Shown: one piece after another, positions 56,750-64,000 of the stretch
Layout of the letters: each line of letters opens with the position of its first letter
Position numbering within the stretch: position 1 is the first letter of the stretch
Source: Syntrophales bacterium
Lineage (GTDB): Bacteria > Desulfobacterota > Syntrophia > Syntrophales > UBA2210
Assembly (NCBI GenBank): GCA_963666365.2
Contig: CAXXNF010000001.1
Span: 992,001-1,056,000 of the forward strand
Reading direction: 5' to 3'
Length of the DNA: 64,000 nucleotides
Program-made: the position numbers and the translations under genes
The notes under the pieces: generated by a model
Seen by the model: only the letters and a program-made list of their open reading frames with translations
The model's database searches: none
Told to the model about the DNA's origin: nothing

Positions 56750-59554
56750 ATGAACTACAAGGATACACTTAATCTTCCCAGAACCGATTTCGCCATGAAG
56801 GCAAATCTTTCAAAAAAAGAACCGGACAGGCTCGGCACATGGGAATCCGTTGATATCTACAAGAAAATACGCGCTATATCGAAAGGGAAACCGACCTTCA
56901 TACTTCATGACGGCCCGCCCTATGCGAACGGCGACATCCACCTCGGCACGGCACTCAACAAAATTATCAAGGACATCGTCATAAAATCGAAAAACATGAC
57001 CGGCTACGACAGTGTCTACGTGCCGGGATGGGACTGCCACGGGCTCCCCATCGAACACCAGGTGGACCAGAAGCTGGGGGAGAAACGGTACACCCTTTCT
57101 CAAGCGGAAAAGCGCCGCCTCTGCCGTGCCTACGCGGAAAAATTCGTCGACATACAGCGCGAACAATTTAAAAGATTCGGCGTGTTCGGGGAGTGGAACA
57201 ACCCCTATGTAACCATGGATTACGATTACGAGGCAACGACCATCGCTGAATTCGGAAAGCTCATGGTGGGTGGCGACGTCTACAAGGGAAAGAAACCGGT
57301 TTACTGGTGCGCCTCCTGCAAAACGGCACTGGCCGAGGCGGAAGTGGAATATGCGGATCATTCCACTCCGTCAATATATGTGAAATTCCCCCTTGTTTCC
57401 GATATCGCTTCCGTGCTCCCCGCACTCAGGGGAAAACCCCTTTCCGTTGTCATATGGACCACAACCCCATGGACCATTCCGGCAAATCTGGCCATCGCCC
57501 TGCACGAAGATTTCGAGTATGTCGCCCTTGAGGTAGAGGGGGAGGTGCTTATCTTTGCCGAGGAACTCACCGACTATTGTCTTGACGCCTTCGGATACCG
57601 GGATAAAAACGCAGAGGTGCTGGCCACGTTCAAGGGTTCAGTGCTGGAAGGAATGGCCTGCCGGCATCCCTTCATCGAACGGGAAAGCACGCTCATCCTC
57701 GCCCCCTTTGTTACACTTGAAGCGGGAACCGGCTGCGTCCATATCGCACCCGGGCATGGTCAGGAGGACTATGAAATCGGCCTGGAATACGGGCTCGATG
57801 TCTATGCCCCCGTCAATGACGACGGTCAATTCACCGCCGATGTGGATTTTTTTGCCGGCCAATTCGTTTTCGACGCCAATAGCGCGGTGATCGACAAGCT
57901 GAAGGAAGTGGGCGCCCTGATGGGACACCTCGACATGGAACATCAGTATCCTCACTGCTGGCGATGCAAAAACCCCATCATTTTCAGATCGACGGAACAA
58001 TGGTTCATTTCGATGGATAAAAATTCGCTTCGTCAAAAGGCCCTTTCCGCAATCGACGGCGTGACCTGGTTTCCTTCCTGGGGTCGTGACCGCATTTACG
58101 GGATGATCGAAAACAGACCCGACTGGTGCATCTCGCGGCAGCGTTCCTGGGGCGTCCCCATTACCGTCTTCTATTGCGCCGAATGCGGCCAACACCTGGC
58201 GTCCAGGGAAATCCTCGATTACGTCGTGGCCCTCGTCCGCGATCACGGTGCGGACATCTGGTTCGAAAGGGATGCGAAAGATCTCATGCCCGAAGGCACA
58301 CTGTGCCCCCACTGCGGGGGGGGGCGCTTTACCAAGGAAACAAACATACTGGACGTGTGGTTCGATTCCGGCGTCAGCCACGCGGCGGTACTGGAAAACT
58401 CATCGCAATGGCCGGACCTTTCATGGCCTGCCGACCTCTATCTGGAGGGGAGCGACCAGCACCGAGGGTGGTTTCATTCCTCGCTCCTCGAATCGGTGGG
58501 CTCCCGGGGTCATGCACCCTATCGGTCGGTCCTTACCCACGGCTTCGTCGTCGACGGAGAGGGAAAAAAGATGTCCAAATCGATGGGAAATTTCATCGAT
58601 CCCCAGCAGATGGTCGATCAGTATGGTGCGGAAATTCTCCGTCTCTGGGTAGCCGCCGAAGATTACACCATGGATATTCGCATTTCCGAAGAAATTCTGA
58701 AGCGCCTTGTCGAGGCCTACCGCCGTATCCGCAACACAAGTCGCTACATCCTGGGGAATCTTTATGATTTCGACTGCGAAAAGGACGCCCTCCGCTATGA
58801 GGAAATGGAAGAGATCGATCAGTGGGCCCTTCACCGGCTCCAGGAAATTATCGGACGCGTCCGCAAGGCCTACGAAGACTACCAGTTCCATATGGTCTAT
58901 TACACGCTGTATAATTTCTGTACCGTTGATTTGAGTGCACTCTATCTCGATGTCCTGAAAGACAGGCTGTACACCTCGAAGGCCGCTTCCAGGGAACGCC
59001 GGTCCGCCCAGACCGCCATGCACGCAATTCTCGATGCCATGGTGAGACTGCTGGCGCCGGTGCTGACCTTTACGGCCGAAGAAATATGGGAGAATCTGCC
59101 CCTCTACGAGGGGAAAGAAGAGAGCGTACACATGGCGCAGTTTCCCGAGGTCAATTCCCGCTATCTCATAAACGATCTTGGCGAGCGATGGAAAACCATC
59201 CTGAACGTCAGGGGAGAAATCTCCAAAGCCATAGAAGCGGCACGGCGCGACAAGATTATCGGTCATTCCCTGGACTGCCGCATTGATATCGCGGCGCCGG
59301 ATACACTGAAGGCATTTCTCGGCGACCGCATTTCCGACATGGCCACATTATGCATCGTGTCAGCGGCCCGCATCGTCCCCGCCGAGGAGCTTTCCGATCC
59401 CTATGAAAGCGCGGAGATCGAGGGGCTCAAAATCGCGGTTTCAAAGGCCTCAGGGGACAAATGTGAACGGTGCTGGCACTACAGTGAATCCGTGGGCAGT
59501 CATGCGGAGCATCCTCGTGTCTGCACTCGTTGTCTCGAGAATCTCGCATCATGA
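56750..59554 (+). CDS. ileS: Isoleucine-tRNA ligase (type 1)
   Basis: DGPPYANG, HLGT, WTTTPWT, EGSDQHRGWF, KMSKS, C-terminal CERC..CTRC zinc finger. Confidence 0.97.
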   Translation: MNYKDTLNLPRTDFAMKANLSKKEPDRLGTWESVDIYKKIRAISKGKPTFILHDGPPYANGDIHLGTALNKIIKDIVIKSKNMTGYDSVYVPGWDCHGLPIEHQVDQKLGEKRYTLSQAEKRRLCRAYAEKFVDIQREQFKRFGVFGEWNNPYVTMDYDYEATTIAEFGKLMVGGDVYKGKKPVYWCASCKTALAEAEVEYADHSTPSIYVKFPLVSDIASVLPALRGKPLSVVIWTTTPWTIPANLAIALHEDFEYVALEVEGEVLIFAEELTDYCLDAFGYRDKNAEVLATFKGSVLEGMACRHPFIERESTLILAPFVTLEAGTGCVHIAPGHGQEDYEIGLEYGLDVYAPVNDDGQFTADVDFFAGQFVFDANSAVIDKLKEVGALMGHLDMEHQYPHCWRCKNPIIFRSTEQWFISMDKNSLRQKALSAIDGVTWFPSWGRDRIYGMIENRPDWCISRQRSWGVPITVFYCAECGQHLASREILDYVVALVRDHGADIWFERDAKDLMPEGTLCPHCGGGRFTKETNILDVWFDSGVSHAAVLENSSQWPDLSWPADLYLEGSDQHRGWFHSSLLESVGSRGHAPYRSVLTHGFVVDGEGKKMSKSMGNFIDPQQMVDQYGAEILRLWVAAEDYTMDIRISEEILKRLVEAYRRIRNTSRYILGNLYDFDCEKDALRYEEMEEIDQWALHRLQEIIGRVRKAYEDYQFHMVYYTLYNFCTVDLSALYLDVLKDRLYTSKAASRERRSAQTAMHAILDAMVRLLAPVLTFTAEEIWENLPLYEGKEESVHMAQFPEVNSRYLINDLGERWKTILNVRGEISKAIEAARRDKIIGHSLDCRIDIAAPDTLKAFLGDRISDMATLCIVSAARIVPAEELSDPYESAEIEGLKIAVSKASGDKCERCWHYSESVGSHAEHPRVCTRCLENLAS

Positions 59555-60042
59555 AAAAGGATCACATAGTATTTTTCCTTATCGCCTTCTCTGTGGTACT
59601 CGTCGATCAAGTGAGCAAGTACTGCATCCGCAGTGCGCTTACCCTCCACGAATCGATCCCCCTAATCGATGGGTTTTTCAATATTACCTATGTGAGAAAC
59701 CCGGGAGCGGCCTTCGGGTTTCTTGCCGGGGCCTCACCGGTCCTACGGTCCGTTTTCCTGATTGCCGTCACGCTGATCGTCATCGTACTTATCGTGATCA
59801 TGATTGGACGGAATCGAAGCCCCGACGGACTTTTCACCTTTTCTCTGTCACTGGTGCTGGGCGGCGCCGTCGGCAACCTTATTGACCGCATTTATTTCGG
59901 TGAAGTGACCGATTTTCTCGATGTCTATATAAGCTCAGCACACTGGCCCGCCTTCAACGCAGCCGATTCGGCAATCACCGTAGGCGCCGTTATGCTGATT
60001 TTGGGGATGATCAGACGAAAAAATCCGGAAATCGCGATTTGA
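59551..60042 (+). CDS. lspA: Lipoprotein signal peptidase II
   Basis: DQVSK, NPGAAFG, GNLIDR, VTDF, FNAADS; ATGA overlap with ileS. Confidence 0.95.
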   Translation: MKKDHIVFFLIAFSVVLVDQVSKYCIRSALTLHESIPLIDGFFNITYVRNPGAAFGFLAGASPVLRSVFLIAVTLIVIVLIVIMIGRNRSPDGLFTFSLSLVLGGAVGNLIDRIYFGEVTDFLDVYISSAHWPAFNAADSAITVGAVMLILGMIRRKNPEIAI

Positions 60043-60204
60043 CGGTTTCGTAAAAAGCCCCCATATACCGACGGGTCGGCACTATAATGGAAAGTAAATG
60101 ATGCTGGCGCATCTCTGTTCCCTATGATGCATCCTGCTTCAGTTGCCGTCGTTGAAGGGCATGAGGTGGCGCCCGGCTCAGACCGGTGTTTCGACCATGC
60201 ATCG

Positions 60205-60382
60205 TCTCGCGAAGCTGCTGAGCTCGCAGAGAAAGCCTTGTTATATCTTATAAATACCCTGCGTTCTCTGCGCCCCTGCGCGAGCATGTTTTTTTGTTCT
60301 CCCGCAGAGCCGCTGAGCTCGCAGAGAAAGCCTATTTATTTTTTCTTTTCTCTTCTCTTTTCCTCTGCGCCCCTGCGCGAAA
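60205..60382. repeat. CGCAGAG-family inverted repeats, two tandem units (locus 4)
   Basis: 60205-60284 and 60298-60382; both left arms end GCTGAGCTCGCAGAGAAAGCCT and both right arms end CTCTGCGCCCCTGCGCGA. Confidence 0.85.
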
Positions 60383-60487
60383 TCCTTTTTTTATTGCCGG
60401 TACGCTTCGCTCAAGAACCTTTGAGGTACTTTCAATTATATTGACACCTTGGTCGGCATAAAGAGCTTTTTACGAGTCCATCAGAAA

Positions 60488-60967
60488 TCAAGGTCTCAAA
60501 ATTATTACGTCAAGATACTTCCTGCCCCACTCGAGCGCGTCGTCGCGATCGGGGAAGAATATGTCGATATGCTCACCCGTAATCGCCCGTCCTCTATCGT
60601 GCACCTCCCCCCATCCATAGCCGGGCACATACATTTTCGTCCCGAAGGGATATTTCGGATCGGCGGCGATCGTGCCTTTTTCGGCTTTTGATCCGTCGGC
60701 GGTAATGCCGACGCGTTTTCGTTTCCCCTTGAGGGGACCATAGGCATAGACGGGGGGACCAATGCACCAGTACTTCCGTTTCCATCCGCACGATTCGGGC
60801 CCCGCATCGTAGGCCGTCACCAGCATTCTTTTTACTTCACGTCTGTGGGCCTTTGTGCCCGCACCGGGAAAGAAGCAGCACCCTTCGACAAGAATCAGGA
60901 TACATATGCTGCAGATAACGAGGGTCCCCTTCAGCGAAACTACGGGTATGCCATGGTCCATTTTCAT
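60488..60967 (-). CDS. 3D-domain (MltA-like) protein
   Basis: VTAY, GITADG, IAADP, DRG.AI, IDIF, WGR motifs. Confidence 0.85.
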   Translation of the reverse strand: MKMDHGIPVVSLKGTLVICSICILILVEGCCFFPGAGTKAHRREVKRMLVTAYDAGPESCGWKRKYWCIGPPVYAYGPLKGKRKRVGITADGSKAEKGTIAADPKYPFGTKMYVPGYGWGEVHDRGRAITGEHIDIFFPDRDDALEWGRKYLDVIILRP

Positions 60968-60979
60968 GAAACGTCGTTC

Positions 60980-62029
60980 CTACTCCACGGCACCTTCAAG
61001 ACGTTTCCTTATGGCAACCGCCTCGGCCACTATCCGTTCAATACGTTCCGCAATCGTCGGCACGTCGTGGATCAGCCCCGTCACCTGTCCGACGGGGAGC
61101 ACACCCTGCTTCGTATCCCCTTCCTCGGTGGCGACACGAAGCATCTTGAATGCGTTGGCCAAATAGGCCATCATGGTCATGTTCTTCCATCCGGAGGCCA
61201 CCACTCCCATGAAGAGCTTGGAGTAGGGAAGGCCCAGAGATTTCGCGATATCCTTTGAATTCACAAAAGCGGCTGGAAAATTCGGCAACCCCATAAACCC
61301 TTTCCGATACGCCCGAAGGGCAGCACCGGTTTTCATGGAGCGGCAGCCGAGCCCGTCGAAATAGGGCCCGTAAATAGTATCATCGATCCCCTTCTTGACT
61401 GAAAGTTCCTTGTAGGTGTCGTGCAGCGGACTTTCTTTGGTGCTCATAAAGCCCGTCCCCATGGCAATGCCCTCCGCACCGAGCGAAAGCGCAGCCATAA
61501 GCCCCCGCCCGTCCACAAAACCGCCGGCGGCGATTATGGGGATCTCGACCGCATCTGCCACCGCAGGAATCAACACGAGCGACGTCGCATCACCCCCGTG
61601 AGCAGCCGCCTCATGACCGGTCACGACGAGACCGTCGGCCCCCTGTTCCTCGGCACGCTTTGCATGGCGTTCATTCACCACCGTGGCAATCACCTTCCCC
61701 CCGTATTTGCGGGCGCCTTTGGCGAGCCAGTCCCCCTTGCCAAGAGAAAAATTGATCACCGGCACCTGCTCTTCCAGAAGTACCTTTGCATTTTGTGCGG
61801 CGCCGGGGAACAGCAACGTTGCATTCGCACCGAAGGGCTTGTCGGTCAATTCCCTGATTTCCCGAATTGCCTTTCTTGTCTCTTCGGCATTCAGGGGTCC
61901 CGTCGCAAGCACGCCAAGTCCGCCGGCATTGGAAACCGCGGCGACCATGGAGGGCACGCTTATCCAGCTCATCCCTGAAAGCATGACGGGATACTTGATG
62001 CCAAACAGTTCGGTAATTTTCGTTTTCAT
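60980..62029 (-). CDS. Nitronate monooxygenase / FabK-like flavin-dependent enoyl-thioester reductase
   Basis: LFGIKYP, VSNAGGLG, GHEAAAHGG, IIAAGG, AMGT, GQV. Confidence 0.85.
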   Translation of the reverse strand: MKTKITELFGIKYPVMLSGMSWISVPSMVAAVSNAGGLGVLATGPLNAEETRKAIREIRELTDKPFGANATLLFPGAAQNAKVLLEEQVPVINFSLGKGDWLAKGARKYGGKVIATVVNERHAKRAEEQGADGLVVTGHEAAAHGGDATSLVLIPAVADAVEIPIIAAGGFVDGRGLMAALSLGAEGIAMGTGFMSTKESPLHDTYKELSVKKGIDDTIYGPYFDGLGCRSMKTGAALRAYRKGFMGLPNFPAAFVNSKDIAKSLGLPYSKLFMGVVASGWKNMTMMAYLANAFKMLRVATEEGDTKQGVLPVGQVTGLIHDVPTIAERIERIVAEAVAIRKRLEGAVE

Positions 62030-62057
62030 CGGTCTCTCCTTTGATGTGGTATGGTGT

Positions 62058-63104
62058 TCAATGATGTGGAGTAAATGCTGCAGCCTTCATTCGGATCCGG
62101 CGATACATCGCCTGAAGACAACGGTCCGACATGACCGTCACGGTAGTATAAAAGAGGATCTTTTTTACCTCCCGCCGGCTTATTTTTATCGTGCGACCGC
62201 ACAGAAGAGATTTCTTCTCTTCGGAAAGCCTCGCCAATGTCTCTAGGGCCATAAAGAGCGGCCATAGACAGAAGAGACGGTATCGCACCTGCGATCTCGG
62301 AATATCGAGGGTGTACAAGAGCGCTTCGTCAAGATTTTCAAGGGCCAGGGAGATAAGCCTCCTGAAGACGCCCAACGAAGCCTGTTGATTACACTGTAAC
62401 AAATGCACGTCGGGGGCAATGCCTTCAGACTCAAAAAACGACCGGGGCACATAACACCACCCCCTCCCGAAGTCTGAAAAGAAATCCTTTGCAATATTAG
62501 TAATTTGTAATCCCGTCCCAAAGGCAACGCTTCGGGAGTACAAACGTTCCCTTAGCTCTGACGGCATGGACGGCGCCCCTTCAGCGAAAAGCGAAGTAAT
62601 CATCACGCCCACCGTACCCGCAACATAATAGCAGTAGCGCTCCAGCTCCTCCCGGTTATCAAGACAGATCATCCCGCTGCGGGACCGCTTTTTCTGGAAC
62701 TCGGCCATGCCCAGAGCCATTTCCCGGACATGCTGCGATATGATGGAAATATACGCGGGGGGCAACTTGACAAACTCCGATACTACGCAGTCAATATCCC
62801 CGACGAGGCGTACATCAAAACTCTCCCGGCTGAAGGCAAGCTCGTCAGTAAAATGTGCCGTGCGACTGCGCCAATCGGACGAGGGGGGAAAGAGCGACGC
62901 ATAAAGAGAAAGATAGCCAATTTTCTGCCCGAACGAGAAAGAGGGATCATCTTCAAGGGTATCGGCAATGCGGCACAGTAGGTACGCCAGAAGAAGTCCC
63001 CGATACACGTCCCCTCCGAGCACCCGTATATTCAGGGCAAAAGTTCTGGAAACCTTCGTCAAATGATCCTCACAGATCCTGAAATCGTTCCCGCTCGCCG
63101 CCAT
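62058..63104 (-). CDS. Squalene/phytoene synthase family protein
   Basis: VSRTFA, CRIADTLEDD, YCYYVAGTVG, LQITNIAKD, FCLWP..MA.ETL. Confidence 0.85.
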   Translation of the reverse strand: MAASGNDFRICEDHLTKVSRTFALNIRVLGGDVYRGLLLAYLLCRIADTLEDDPSFSFGQKIGYLSLYASLFPPSSDWRSRTAHFTDELAFSRESFDVRLVGDIDCVVSEFVKLPPAYISIISQHVREMALGMAEFQKKRSRSGMICLDNREELERYCYYVAGTVGVMITSLFAEGAPSMPSELRERLYSRSVAFGTGLQITNIAKDFFSDFGRGWCYVPRSFFESEGIAPDVHLLQCNQQASLGVFRRLISLALENLDEALLYTLDIPRSQVRYRLFCLWPLFMALETLARLSEEKKSLLCGRTIKISRREVKKILFYTTVTVMSDRCLQAMYRRIRMKAAAFTPHH

Positions 63105-63142
63105 AATCCTCGCCCGAAATGTCCTCCCTTTTAGTCTGGGAC

Positions 63143-63172
63143 ACTGTAAAAAAAATACCTCCTCAATGTCAA
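63143..63172 (-). promoter_or_regulatory. sigma70 promoter of the squalene synthase gene
   Basis: TTGACA-18 bp-TACAGT on minus strand. Confidence 0.6.
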
Positions 63173-63209
63173 AAGAATAATCGACGCCCGCCGTAATAGT
63201 TCCCGCCAC

Positions 63210-63239
63210 AAAAAAAGGGAGACCCTGAGGCCTCCCTTT
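63210..63239 (-). terminator. Intrinsic terminator of the candidate sRNA
   Basis: Minus strand AAAGGGAGGCC-TCAG-GGTCTCCCTTTTTTT. Confidence 0.8.
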
Positions 63240-63424
63240 GCAAAGGGAATGTACCAACCAATGTTTTTATAACCCGTGCCGCAATCTAAAGAATAACTCT
63301 AAGAACTTACATCCAAAAACAACCCTCGCCTCGCAATTCCACTTCATGTACAATTCAAGGGCTCTCAAAAATCGGTCGGTTCAAAGGTTTAAACCAGAAA
63401 ATTAGGAGGTATTTTCCAGTTCGC
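63210..63424 (-). ncRNA. Candidate sigma54-dependent structured small RNA
   Basis: Bounded by a -24/-12 promoter and an intrinsic terminator; stems with strand-specific G-U pairs; ACCUCCU in 5' loop. Confidence 0.6.
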
Positions 63425-63434
63425 CCTTTTGTAA

Positions 63435-63450
63435 AGCATGGACCGTGCCA
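63435..63450 (-). promoter_or_regulatory. sigma54 -24/-12 promoter
   Basis: Minus strand TGGCACGGTCCATGCT; GG at 63449-48, GC at 63437-36. Confidence 0.7.
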
Positions 63451-63741
63451 GAGGAGTGCATTGATGTTCAACACATTGAAATATCTTTCAAATGCATTGT
63501 CTACCCCCCTTCAAGAAGACGTCGGGACAGAGGAACAAAATGTCGAATTATTTCTCCGCCTCATATTTTTTGAATTAAAAACAGGTAGATGCCTATTCGA
63601 CATCTTTTCGTCGATTCGACAAAATTGTCGAATTGCCTCCGTGGAAAGGGAGCATCCCCTTTTTAATCGCTTGTGTTCGACTACGGATTAGTATATGTAG
63701 GGAAAATAAAACAATAAACCAAAGAATTTAAGGCAGATAGC

Positions 63742-64000
63742 ATGAAGATACTTCAAGGTGTACGCATATGCGCGTTCGTTGTGATTGTCACGGCAGGCGT
63801 CATCGCCTTTTCGGGCCCCGGTTTTTCAGACAACGCCCTGGAAGATAGTAAAAAAAATTGCACCCCCTTGAGCGAAATGCCCCTCACGGAGGCTCAAAAG
63901 CTTTCTATTGAGACCATCCAAGCGGATTTCAGAAAAGATATACTGCAGATACGCAGTAGTCTCCTGGCGAAGAGAATAGAACTCAACGATCAACTGCGGG
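63742..64000 (+). CDS. Spy/CpxP/ZraP-like periplasmic protein (runs off the window end)
   Basis: Manual translation MKILQGVRICAFVVIVTAGVIAFSG...PLTEAQKLSI...RIELNDQLR; signal peptide plus LTxxQ motif. Confidence 0.6.
   Translation, partial: MKILQGVRICAFVVIVTAGVIAFSGPGFSDNALEDSKKNCTPLSEMPLTEAQKLSIETIQADFRKDILQIRSSLLAKRIELNDQLR

Noticed and set aside
60205..60382. CRISPR-like appearance of the repeated CGCAGAG units
   Set aside because: Arms alternate in orientation, are degenerate, have low-complexity spacers, and no cas genes are present
63380..63430. c-di-GMP-I riboswitch (starts GGGCGAAC)
   Set aside because: Lacks the GNRA tetraloop/receptor and GACGCAAAGC core

Overview
Chromosomal, mostly housekeeping DNA from a Gram-negative anaerobe. 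The rRNA and gene content point to Desulfobacterota (Deltaproteobacteria), most likely Syntrophales-like; this is inferred, not database-checked. In order, the window holds: a truncated dynamin-like GTPase; a complete rrn operon (16S-tRNA-Ile-tRNA-Ala-23S-5S); yebC-ruvCAB-queH; lpxC-DUF4390-ntrY-ntrX; carB with a divergent purF-like gene; dnaJ, purC, rsmB, fmt; an acs-etfB-etfA-membrane Fe-S oxidoreductase (EMO/DUF224-type) energy module; a porin; hflX; a 4-subunit 2-oxoacid:ferredoxin oxidoreductase operon; waaA and rpe; a glycosyl-/methyltransferase cluster; a Na/Pi cotransporter; groES-groEL; ileS-lspA; and a squalene synthase-FabK/NMO-like-3D protein cluster. No CRISPR array, prophage or transposase was seen. 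The most interesting signals are non-coding: (1) a complete leucine-codon ribosome-dependent attenuator (leader peptide, antiterminator, terminator) in front of the oxidoreductase operon, implying a biosynthetic, reductive-carboxylation role; (2) a candidate sigma54-driven ~215-nt structured sRNA displaying an anti-Shine-Dalgarno loop; (3) a carA-less carB next to a PurF whose glutamine-binding motifs are degenerate; (4) hflX apparently starting at a non-canonical ATA codon behind nested sigma70/sigma54 promoters; (5) a dispersed family of CGCAGAG-based inverted repeats.
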